33,498 nt of DNA, from contig PEUU01000011.1 of the NCBI GenBank assembly GCA_002781185.1, positions 1-33,498 on the forward strand, read 5' to 3'. This document shows, piece after piece, positions 25,537 through 33,498 of the stretch. The notes under the pieces are model-generated. The model worked only from the letters and a program-made list of their open reading frames with translations, had not been told where the DNA came from and searched no databases. The translations under genes were made by a program, and so were the position numbers. The stretch comes from Candidatus Jorgensenbacteria bacterium CG03_land_8_20_14_0_80_38_39 (lineage in GTDB: Bacteria > Patescibacteriota > Minisyncoccia > UBA6257 > GWB1-50-10). Numbering within the stretch: the stretch's first letter is position 1; each line of letters opens with the position of its first letter.

Positions 25537-25887
25537 ATGAGGCATTTAAAAAAGGGCAGGAAATTGAGCCGAAAAAGAGGTCAGCGCCGGGCTCTTTTAA
25601 AAATCTTAGCCGGTCAACTCGTTGAAAAAGAGAAAATAATTACTACCGAGGCCAAAGCTAAAGAGCTTCGGTCTTTTGTGGAACGGTTAATTAGTTGTGG
25701 CAAAAAACAAAATTTAGCCGCTTTGCGGCTTCTTCTTCGGCGCTTGCCCAAATTAGCCGCTTATAAGATTTTTCACGAACTGTCGCCGCGCTATCTCTCG
25801 CGAAAAGGCGGTTATCTTCAAATTATTAAACAAACCAAAAGGCGTAAGCACGACGCCTCAAAAATGGCGATGATTAAATTTGTTTAA
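25537..25887 (+). CDS. rplQ: 50S ribosomal protein L17
   Basis: MRHLKKGRKLSR, ITTEAKAKELR. Confidence 0.96.
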   Translation: MRHLKKGRKLSRKRGQRRALLKILAGQLVEKEKIITTEAKAKELRSFVERLISCGKKQNLAALRLLLRRLPKLAAYKIFHELSPRYLSRKGGYLQIIKQTKRRKHDASKMAMIKFV

Positions 25888-25893
25888 CCCTTT

Positions 25894-26235
25894 ATGGATT
25901 ATGTAATTGATGCTAAAAATAAGAATTTAGGCAGACTAGCTTCGGAAATTGCCGTCATTCTTCAAGGTAAAAAAAGCCCCAAATACGAGCCGAGATTAAA
26001 AGGTAGCGACAAAGTAATAGTTAGAAATTTAAGTCAAATGAAAATCAGCGGCAAAAAATATTTTCAAAAAGTTTATTACAAACATACCGGTCCCTTGGGG
26101 CATTTAAAAACCAGAAAATATCGGGAAGTTTTTTCTAAAAACCCGGTTTGGATTTTGCGTCATGCGGTTAATTTAATGCTTCCGAAAAACAAACTTCGAG
26201 CTAAAAGAATAAAAAATTTAATTATTGAAAAATAA
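25894..26235 (+). CDS. rplM: 50S ribosomal protein L13
   Basis: IDAKNKNLGRLAS, YYKHTG, MLPKNKL. Confidence 0.95.
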   Translation: MDYVIDAKNKNLGRLASEIAVILQGKKSPKYEPRLKGSDKVIVRNLSQMKISGKKYFQKVYYKHTGPLGHLKTRKYREVFSKNPVWILRHAVNLMLPKNKLRAKRIKNLIIEK

Positions 26236-26321
26236 ATGAACCTGTTGAATTATTCAACAGTCCCATCCCGAGCATCAGCGAGGGATAAGATTGTTGAGCA
26301 GTTATTAAACACTTTAAAAAT

Positions 26322-26816
26322 ATGAAGGAAAAAGTAAAAAAGATAAAAAAAACCAAAAAAGAAACTCCGAAGGTGGTTAAAAAGAAATCAAAAAAAATAG
26401 AAGCAGTTGAAAAGAAGAGAGAAAAATACATTGAAGCTTTGGGTCGGCGCAAAACTGCCGTTGCCAGGGTAAGGATTTTTCCGGTTTCTCAATCAGCCAA
26501 AGCCAGGCCCATTATTGTTAACGGGAAAAATTGGCCGGATTATTTTCTCACTCCCCAGCAAAAGAAAATTGTTGTTTCTCCTTTTGAAACAGTTTCTTCC
26601 TGGTGGGAAACCTCAATTAAGGTTAGGGGCGGCGGATTGCAAGCTCAAGCCGAAGCTGTGCGTTTGGGTCTGTCCCGCGCTTTGGTTTTAATTAACCTAA
26701 ATTGGCGAAAAGTTCTTAAAGCTAAAGGCTTTTTAAAACGCGACCCTCGAATGGTAGAGAGAAAAAAATTCGGTCTTCGCAAAGCTCGTCGAGCTCAACA
26801 ATGGCGGAAGAGATAG
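26322..26816 (+). CDS. rpsI: 30S ribosomal protein S9 with Lys-rich N-terminal extension
   Basis: GRRKTAVARV, GGGLQAQAEA, ERKKFGLRKARRAQQWRKR. Confidence 0.96.
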   Translation: MKEKVKKIKKTKKETPKVVKKKSKKIEAVEKKREKYIEALGRRKTAVARVRIFPVSQSAKARPIIVNGKNWPDYFLTPQQKKIVVSPFETVSSWWETSIKVRGGGLQAQAEAVRLGLSRALVLINLNWRKVLKAKGFLKRDPRMVERKKFGLRKARRAQQWRKR

Positions 26817-26849
26817 TGATTTATTGGTTTTATTTTGTTTTCTCCATCT

Positions 26850-27095
26850 TCTTTTGACTTACTTCTTTTGACTTCTTTTGACTTACTTCTTTTTCTTTTG
26901 ACTTATTTTTCACTTGACTTATTTTTCACTTGACTTATTTTTCACTTATTTTTCTTTATTTTTTCCCTTCCTCAATCTTGTATCATATGATACAAGATTG
27001 AGGACTTGAGGTTTCTTTATAAAAACTCTTTCTTTACAATTTTCTCTTTATAGAAATTTTCCTTTATAGAAATCTTCCTTTATAAAAATTTTCTC
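26850..27095. repeat. Pyrimidine-rich tandem repeats around a perfect 36-bp palindrome
   Basis: TTTTGACTT and ACTTATTTTTCACTTG units; TCCTCAATCTTGTATCAT|ATGATACAAGATTGAGGA at 26969-27004; TTATAGAAATYTTCCT units. Confidence 0.85.
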
Positions 27096-27100
27096 ATCTC

Positions 27101-28465
27101 TTAAAAGAAAATTTCATTTCCTTGTAAAAATTTACCTTCTTCCTTTAAGAGATAAATTTTGCCGTCAGCAAAACTATATTTTTTAACGCCGCTCTCTAAA
27201 ACTTGCCAATTAAGAGGCGGTCGGGGGTCGGTTTCGCTGACAATTAATTTGTTATCCGCCAAAATCAAGAAATTGTTAGGATAGTCGGACAGCCAATTAA
27301 ATTGACCGAAGGTTTGTTCTTGGAGGAAATCAATCGTTAAAATATCACCAGCTGAATTTTTATAATTATCAGTTTCATAATTATCCAGGTAGAAAATAAA
27401 TGTTTTATTATTCAAAGAAATTAAAAAGACTCTTTTTCCTTCGGGAGAAAAGTAAAAATCCTTAATTTCTTTAGTCAAACTTTTTAATTCGTTATTCAGC
27501 CGGTTAAAAATTAAAAATTCTCCCTCGGAAGTCAAAAATCCAATTTCCGTTCCGTCAGGAGCAATTTTAAGAAAGCTGATATTCTGTAAATGAAGCGCTT
27601 TAATGTCGGCAGTTTTAAGAACAAGGTTAAAGATATTCAAATCTCCTTTCTTATTGATAAAAAAGAGCTCGCTGGAGGAAATTGAAGCAGTTTTAAATTG
27701 GGCCGCGCGGGTTAAAAATTCCAACTTAATTTTTTCAACGTCAAGGGCGTAGAAAGCATTAGTCGTAGCAATGATAATTTTAGTCGGGCTAAAAGGATGA
27801 AAATAGGTTTTTTTGATAAGCGAGGAGTCAGCGCTCTTTAATTGTTCTCTGAGGGATGTGAAAAGCTCGTTAAAATTAATGGCGGTGGCCGGCTTTTCTA
27901 AATTGGTCAAAAAATAATTGTCAAAAGTATCGGCGGTAATTATTAATTTAGATTGAGAACTGCTTAAAATAACTTTATTTCCTTTAAGATAAAACTGGTT
28001 GAATTTTAACTCATCTTTTTTTGTTTGATAAACCAATCCTTCCCCGGTCAGCCAAAAATCTTTAATTTTTTCGGATAAAGGCGATTGCCAAGAAGGAGAA
28101 GAAGTGAAAAGTCTAATATGGGTGGCGCTGGTTACTTCCGCGGGTTTAACTTTTAAAGTTTTTTGCCAGGATTGATAACCTTCCTTAACAATTTCTATTT
28201 GGTAATCGCCGGGAGTTAATTTAGAAATAAGAATGTCACCCGGGAAAAGACCCCTGTTGACATGGTAAGGTTTTTGGTTAATTTTTATTTGGGCCTCAGC
28301 CGGAGAAAATTTAAGAGCAATATCGCCGGTCTTGGTAATTGATAAATGAGGCCAATTTTTCCAGTTTACCACCAAGCCGCTGGCAGTTAAAAAAAGGTAG
28401 GCGCCAACTACCACAAAAATAACTGTTAAAACAAACAAGAAGAGTTTTCTAAGTTTTTTAGGCAT
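27101..28465 (-). CDS. PEGA-domain membrane-anchored protein with beta-propeller-like C-terminus
   Basis: N-terminal TM; LTPGDYQIEIVKEGYQSWQKTLKV (PEGA); APDG and FSPEG blade motifs. Confidence 0.82.
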   Translation of the reverse strand: MPKKLRKLFLFVLTVIFVVVGAYLFLTASGLVVNWKNWPHLSITKTGDIALKFSPAEAQIKINQKPYHVNRGLFPGDILISKLTPGDYQIEIVKEGYQSWQKTLKVKPAEVTSATHIRLFTSSPSWQSPLSEKIKDFWLTGEGLVYQTKKDELKFNQFYLKGNKVILSSSQSKLIITADTFDNYFLTNLEKPATAINFNELFTSLREQLKSADSSLIKKTYFHPFSPTKIIIATTNAFYALDVEKIKLEFLTRAAQFKTASISSSELFFINKKGDLNIFNLVLKTADIKALHLQNISFLKIAPDGTEIGFLTSEGEFLIFNRLNNELKSLTKEIKDFYFSPEGKRVFLISLNNKTFIFYLDNYETDNYKNSAGDILTIDFLQEQTFGQFNWLSDYPNNFLILADNKLIVSETDPRPPLNWQVLESGVKKYSFADGKIYLLKEEGKFLQGNEIFF

Positions 28466-28473
28466 TTTATTGC

Positions 28474-28576
28474 ATAGGAATTTCTAAATTCCTATACGCG
28501 GAATAACGCTGACTCAACGCTGATTGACGCAGAAATTTTTCTGCGTAGTTCTGCGTCTTTTCCGCGTTAGTCTGCG
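28474..28576. repeat. Hairpin plus inverted ~10-mer repeat array (ACGCnGA.../...TCnGCGT)
   Basis: ATAGGAATTT-CT-AAATTCCTAT; four ACGCnGA units followed by four TCyGCG units. Confidence 0.8.
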
Positions 28577-28682
28577 ATAGTGCGCGAGCGGAGAGAGCGC
28601 CTATATACTGGGCTAGACCAAAGACTTTTAAAATTATATGATTACTTTAGGAATAAAGGAAGCCCGATAACATTTTAAATTT

Positions 28683-30053
28683 ATGAAAATTAAAAATAGT
28701 TCGGTTAAAGCAAAAACTGCCAACTTAAAAAATCCTTCAATCACTCAAAGGGGAAAATTTATTGTTCAAGGAGGTCAGCCCTTGGCCGGGGAAATTCAGT
28801 TAGCCGGTTCCAAGAATGCCGCCACTAAAATGCTGGTTGCTTCGCTTTTAACCGAGGAAGAATGCGTTTTAGAAAATTTTCCCGAAATCGGCGATACCGA
28901 AACTGTTAAAGAACTTTGTCGGTCTTTAGGCAGCCAAATCAATGAAAAAGGTTCGTTTTTAAAAATTAAAACTCCCAAAATTGAAAATGTGGAAAGTTTT
29001 GCCCTTCGGTACCGAAATCGAATTCCCATTTTGACTTTAGGACCGCTTTTAGCCAGAGTGGGAGAGGCGAAAGTGCCGATTGTCGGCGGCGATAAAATTG
29101 GCTCCCGACCGGTTGACTTCCACTTAAAAGCTTTAGAATCATTAGGAGCAGTTATCACCATTGAAAAAGATTATTACCGAGCTACTGCTCCTTACGGCCT
29201 TCACGGCGCCAATATTATTTTTGCTTATCCCAGCGTTGGCGCCACGGAAAATGCCGTCCTCGCCGCGGTTTTAGCCAAAGGAAAGACTTTTATCCGGGGA
29301 GCGGCGGTTGAACCGGAACTCATTGATTTAATAAAAATGCTCCAAAAAATGGGGGCTATTATTGAACTGGGAGCCAACCGTCAAATTTATATTTCCGGAG
29401 TGGAAAAGCTTTCCGGCGTTCATCATTGGGTTATTCCCGACCGGAATGAAGCCGTTTCTTTTGCCTGCTTGGCTTTAGCCAGCGGTGGCAATATCTTGAT
29501 AAAAGACGCAATCCAAGATCACTTAATTACTTTTTTAAATGCGGTAAGACGTTGCGGCGGCAATTATGAAGTTAAGGAAGAAGGGATTAGATTTTGGCGT
29601 TCAAAGGAACTTGCGGGTTTGGAATTGGAAACTGATACTCATCCCGGATTTATGACTGACTGGCAGCAGCCGATGACAATTGTTTTAACTCAAGCTCAAG
29701 GAATTTCGGTAATTCACGAAACGGTTTACGAAGACCGCTTTGGCTATACCAAGGACTTGAATTTAATGGGCGCGAGGATTACAGTATTTTCAAAGTGTCT
29801 GGGAGAATTGCCCTGCCGTTTTAAAAATCGCGGTTTTCCTCACAGCGCGGTTGTTGACGGAAAAACGCCGCTTAAAGGAACAAAAATCAAGGTGCCTGAT
29901 TTGCGAGCCGGCATCGCCCATCTCATTGCCGCCTTGATAGCTGAAGGCGAGTCAATCATTGAAGGCATTGAGGAAATTGACCGGGGCTACGAAAAAATTG
30001 ATGAGAGATTAAAAAATTTAGGGGCGGACATTTTAAGAATAAAGGGAAATTAG
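28683..30053 (+). CDS. murA: UDP-N-acetylglucosamine 1-carboxyvinyltransferase
   Basis: GSKNAA, PSVGATEN, HPGFMTDWQ, DLRAG, IDRGYE. Confidence 0.96.
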   Translation: MKIKNSSVKAKTANLKNPSITQRGKFIVQGGQPLAGEIQLAGSKNAATKMLVASLLTEEECVLENFPEIGDTETVKELCRSLGSQINEKGSFLKIKTPKIENVESFALRYRNRIPILTLGPLLARVGEAKVPIVGGDKIGSRPVDFHLKALESLGAVITIEKDYYRATAPYGLHGANIIFAYPSVGATENAVLAAVLAKGKTFIRGAAVEPELIDLIKMLQKMGAIIELGANRQIYISGVEKLSGVHHWVIPDRNEAVSFACLALASGGNILIKDAIQDHLITFLNAVRRCGGNYEVKEEGIRFWRSKELAGLELETDTHPGFMTDWQQPMTIVLTQAQGISVIHETVYEDRFGYTKDLNLMGARITVFSKCLGELPCRFKNRGFPHSAVVDGKTPLKGTKIKVPDLRAGIAHLIAALIAEGESIIEGIEEIDRGYEKIDERLKNLGADILRIKGN

Positions 30054-30120
30054 TAATTAGTAATTAGTAATTAGTAATTAGAAGTTAGAAGTTAGAAGTT
30101 AGAAATTAGAAATTAGAAAT
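30048..30120 (+). repeat. Heptamer tandem repeat ArTTAGw x10
   Basis: (AATTAGT)4 AATTAGA (AGTTAGA)3 (AATTAGA)2; includes the murA stop. Confidence 0.9.
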
Positions 30121-30130
30121 TTTTTTAACT

Positions 30131-31132
30131 ATGTTTATTCGTAAAATCGGCATTGACTTGGGAACGACCAATACTTTGGTTTTTTTGCCTGACAAGGGAA
30201 TTGTTATTAATGAACCAACGGCCGTGGCTATTCGCCGGCCGGACAATACGGTTTTAGCTGTTGGCGCCGAAGCCAAAGAAATGGTTGGTCGAACGCCGGA
30301 TAACATTGTTACTTACAAACCATTAAAAGACGGCGTCATTGCCGAATATTACATTACTCAAATGATGCTTCGTTATTTTATTTCCAAAGCCGTCGGACCT
30401 TTTAATTTATTTAAGCCAGAAGTTGTCATTTCTATACCGGCGGGCATTACTTCTACCGAATACCGGGCAGTTTATAAGGCGGCCAAGGAAGCCGGAGCCA
30501 AGGAAGTTTATCTGGTTCGGGAGCCAATTTTGGCGGCTTTGGGAGCCGGCATTCCCATTCATTCGGCAGAAGGCAATATGGTTGTTAATATTGGCGGCGG
30601 CACCACGGAAGTGGCAGTGATTTCTTTAGGAGGGATTGTCACTTGGTCAAGTTTGCGGGTAGCGGGTAATCGTTTTGACCAATCAATTGCCGATTACATT
30701 AAGAAGAAATACGCTTTAGCCATTGGCGAAGCAACGGCTGAAAATATTAAAATTACCATTGGTTCGGCAATTTCTAATAAAAATAAAATGGAAATGAAAA
30801 TCCGGGGTCGGGATTTAATTTCCGGCCTGCCCAAAGATTTAATCGTTAATTCCAATGAAGTCGTTGAAGCTGTCAATACTCATTTAATTGATATTATGAA
30901 TGCCACCCAAGCAGTTTTTAACGTCACGCCGCCGGAACTGGCCGCTGATATTATGAGTAAAGGAATAATTTTATCCGGCGGCAGCGCTCAACTTCGGGAT
31001 ATTGATGAGTTTTTTAAACGTTCATTGGGCGTTACCTCTTATGTGGCTGAAGAACCGATTTTTTGTGTGGCTAAAGGAACAGCCATTATTTTAAACCACT
31101 TGGATGTCTATAAACGGACTCTTTTAAAATAA
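30131..31132 (+). CDS. mreB: Rod shape-determining protein MreB
   Basis: GIDLGTTNT, PLKDGVIA, NIGGGTTEVAVISLGG, TPPELAADI. Confidence 0.96.
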   Translation: MFIRKIGIDLGTTNTLVFLPDKGIVINEPTAVAIRRPDNTVLAVGAEAKEMVGRTPDNIVTYKPLKDGVIAEYYITQMMLRYFISKAVGPFNLFKPEVVISIPAGITSTEYRAVYKAAKEAGAKEVYLVREPILAALGAGIPIHSAEGNMVVNIGGGTTEVAVISLGGIVTWSSLRVAGNRFDQSIADYIKKKYALAIGEATAENIKITIGSAISNKNKMEMKIRGRDLISGLPKDLIVNSNEVVEAVNTHLIDIMNATQAVFNVTPPELAADIMSKGIILSGGSAQLRDIDEFFKRSLGVTSYVAEEPIFCVAKGTAIILNHLDVYKRTLLK

Positions 31133-31135
31133 TTA

Positions 31136-31897
31136 ATGTTTTTCGGCAACGAACATCTGGTGAAAATTTTTAAAAACTTAGCCGCCAATAACGAACTCGG
31201 CCAAGCTTACCTTTTTTTTGGCGACGCTCAAATAGGTAAATTTCTTTTTACTCAACATTTGGCTTATTTTTTGGAATATAACGAGTGGCAAATTCTGCCC
31301 CGTCTTTTAATTGATGCTCAAATTATTTTACCTGACGAAAAGGGAATTATCGGCATTGATACGGCTATTGCCATAAGACAATTTCTTTTTCAAAAACCCC
31401 TGCGTTCAAAAAGAAGATTGGCGGTTATCAATGAAGCCGCTCAACTAACACCCGAAGCCCAAGCTAGTTTGCTGAAAATTGTTGAAGAGCCGCCGACTCA
31501 AGCCCTCTTAATTTTTATTATTCAAGAACCTTCTCTTCTTCTGCCGCCGCTCTTATCAAGATTAACCAAAGTTTATTTTTCTCGTTTATCTCAAAAAACC
31601 ATTGAGGAAATTCTTCAAAAACATTACCATTTGAATGAATCGCGAGTTCAAAAAATAGCGGAAAAGTCTTTTGGCCGAATAGGCCGGGCTTTGGCATTAT
31701 TGTCGGAAACAGAAAATCAAACCGGCAATTTAAGTCAAGAAGTAGAAGAAAAAATTTTGTTTTTCTGGGAAAATAAGTTTAAAAATTATAAAATTTTAAA
31801 AGAACTTTTAGAAAGAAATTCCTTAATTAAACGCTATAATCTTAATGAAAATCTTCAAAGAAAAGCCATTGAATATCTTCTTAAAAAAAGCCCTTAA
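31136..31897 (+). CDS. holB: DNA polymerase III delta-prime subunit (short)
   Basis: AYLFFGDAQIGK, INEAAQLTPEAQASLLKIVEEPP, PLLSR. Confidence 0.85.
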   Translation: MFFGNEHLVKIFKNLAANNELGQAYLFFGDAQIGKFLFTQHLAYFLEYNEWQILPRLLIDAQIILPDEKGIIGIDTAIAIRQFLFQKPLRSKRRLAVINEAAQLTPEAQASLLKIVEEPPTQALLIFIIQEPSLLLPPLLSRLTKVYFSRLSQKTIEEILQKHYHLNESRVQKIAEKSFGRIGRALALLSETENQTGNLSQEVEEKILFFWENKFKNYKILKELLERNSLIKRYNLNENLQRKAIEYLLKKSP

Positions 31898-31905
31898 CTT
31901 TTGTT

Positions 31906-32463
31906 ATGAACGAGAAAGAATTTTTAGATAATTTAGGAAAGCAGTTTGACGAATTCATCGGCCTTTTAAAAAATGAATTTAACGTCATTCGCGTCAATAG
32001 GCCAAGCCCGGCATTGGTGGAAAACATTAAAGTTGATTGTTACGGACAAAGTTTGACCATTAAGCAGTTGGGGAGTATTAATACTTTTCTGCCCCGAGAA
32101 ATAAGAATTCAACTTTGGGATAAGGAAATTATCAAAAATGTCTTAAAATCCTTAGAAACGAGCAAACGGGGATTTTCTGCCAGCGCCGAAGGGAATTTAA
32201 TAAAAGTATTTTTGCCGGAACTAAGTCAGGAACGGCGCCAGGAATTGAAAAAAATCGTTAAACGAATCAGCGAAGATTTTAAAATTAAGATTCGTCATCT
32301 GCGAGACGAAGCTAATAAACGCATTCAGGATTTTTTTGAAAAAAATGAAATAAGCGAAGACCAAAAATTTAAGTTAAAAGAAAAAATTCAAAAGAAAGTT
32401 GAGGAAGTAAATAAAGATTTAGATGAACTTTTAAACTCTAAAATCAAAGAAATTGATGTTTAA
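31906..32463 (+). CDS. frr: Ribosome recycling factor
   Basis: RPSPALVENIKVDCYG, PELSQERRQEL, IRHLRDEA, ISEDQ. Confidence 0.93.
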   Translation: MNEKEFLDNLGKQFDEFIGLLKNEFNVIRVNRPSPALVENIKVDCYGQSLTIKQLGSINTFLPREIRIQLWDKEIIKNVLKSLETSKRGFSASAEGNLIKVFLPELSQERRQELKKIVKRISEDFKIKIRHLRDEANKRIQDFFEKNEISEDQKFKLKEKIQKKVEEVNKDLDELLNSKIKEIDV

Positions 32464-32509
32464 TTGTTTCTAAAAATGAAACTGTTGAATTATTCAACAC
32501 TTTAAAAGT

Positions 32510-33498
32510 ATGGTCTTTTTGATTATCATTTTCCTTGCGTTTTTGATTTTAATCCATGAACTTGGTCATTTTTTGATGGCTAAGCTTTTTGGCGTCCGGG
32601 TGGAAGAGTTTGGTTTTGGTTTCCCGCCGCGCCTTTTGGCTAAAAAATTCGGAAAAACCGTTTACAGTTTTAATATTTTGCCTTTCGGCGGGTTTGTCAG
32701 GATTTTCGGTTTGGAAAAAGAACCGGAAAAACTTGGTGATAAACTAAATCCGCCGAAAGACAGCTTTTTGGCTCAGCCGGTTTGGCGGCGCTCCTTAATC
32801 CTTTTGGCCGGTATCTCAATGAATGTCTTTTTGGGCTGGCTGCTCTTTAGTTTTATTTTTATGCTCGGCAATCCTTATCGGCTGCTAATTTCGGAAGTGT
32901 TTCTCAATTCGCCGGCAAAAATTGCCGACCTAAAGCCGGGCGATGCCGTTTTAAAAATCAATCGGGGCGAGCAGACTCTTCAAGCGCCTCTCACCGCCGA
33001 AGAATTTTCTAAATTTATTCAGGAGGACCCCGGCGGCATCTTTGATTTGACTATTAAGCGTCAGGAAAAAGTTCTTAATTTTCAAATTCAAGGCCGAAGC
33101 AAACCGCCGGCTGGGCAAGGACCTATGGGCATTGCTTTAGCTGACGTGGGTTCAGCCAAACAACCATTTTTTCAAGCTTTTTTAAAAGGGGGAGCAATGA
33201 CATTTTCGGTTCTTAAAGAAGTGGCAGTCGGACTTTTTAAATTTTTTAGTCAAGTTTTTGTTAATTCCGAAATTTTAAAAAGCGTGGCCGGGCCAGTGGG
33301 AATTTTTTCTTTGGCTTTTCAATTCGGCAGTTTTGGCTTGTTTTATTTTTTGCAGTTCATTGCCATTCTTTCCCTTAATTTGGCGGTCTTAAATATTTTG
33401 CCTTTCCCGGCTTTAGATGGCGGTCAAATTATATTTTTCTTAATTGAAAAAATTAAAGGTTCGCCAGTTTCCTTTCGGGTTCAAAAATTAATTAATGG
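32510..33498 (+). CDS. rseP: RseP-like M50 site-2 protease with PDZ domain, 3'-truncated by window edge
   Basis: MVFLIIIFLAFLILIHELGHF, EEFGFGFPP, LPFGGFV, NLAVLNILPFPALDGG; no stop seen before the window end. Confidence 0.92.
   Translation, partial: MVFLIIIFLAFLILIHELGHFLMAKLFGVRVEEFGFGFPPRLLAKKFGKTVYSFNILPFGGFVRIFGLEKEPEKLGDKLNPPKDSFLAQPVWRRSLILLAGISMNVFLGWLLFSFIFMLGNPYRLLISEVFLNSPAKIADLKPGDAVLKINRGEQTLQAPLTAEEFSKFIQEDPGGIFDLTIKRQEKVLNFQIQGRSKPPAGQGPMGIALADVGSAKQPFFQAFLKGGAMTFSVLKEVAVGLFKFFSQVFVNSEILKSVAGPVGIFSLAFQFGSFGLFYFLQFIAILSLNLAVLNILPFPALDGGQIIFFLIEKIKGSPVSFRVQKLIN

Noticed and set aside
1783-30876. Short antisense or alternate-frame ORFs in the track (e.g. 1783-2022, 2241-2609, 7019-7478, 15942-16259, 17607-18011, 22211-22654, 28796-29161)
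   Set aside because: They lie within well-supported genes and show no recognisable motifs; treated as shadow ORFs.

Overview
AT-rich bacterial chromosome segment whose gene content and style (short AlaRS, PEGA protein beside rpsI, DUF5654/DUF167 genes, few Shine-Dalgarno sites) point to a Patescibacteria/CPR (Parcubacteria-like) genome; the taxon is an inference. It opens with the 3' part of tRNA-Ser(GGA). An accessory tract (~1.4-10.2 kb) follows: zincin peptidase, two small HTH genes, a type II R-M pair, Pif1-like helicase, a ubiquitin-like fusion and membrane proteins. Then come a GH18 hydrolase, trxB, dnaG-rpoD-alaS, an FtsA-like/baseplate-J-like pair, a DHH-like gene, infA-rpmJ-rpsM-rpsK-rpsD-rpoA-rplQ-rplM-rpsI, a PEGA protein and murA-mreB-holB-frr-rseP(partial). 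The most unusual signals are non-coding. (1) Accessory genes are separated by several families of short repeats, as in an integrase-less cassette array, and each small HTH gene is bracketed by two copies of its own palindrome. (2) TAAA-flanked palindromic mini-elements have inserted twice, in frame, into one protein gene and once after alaS. (3) A 600-bp hairpin cluster follows alaS. (4) An 11-codon Lys-rich ORF has its own promoter and terminator. All family assignments come from motif recognition by eye; no searches were run.
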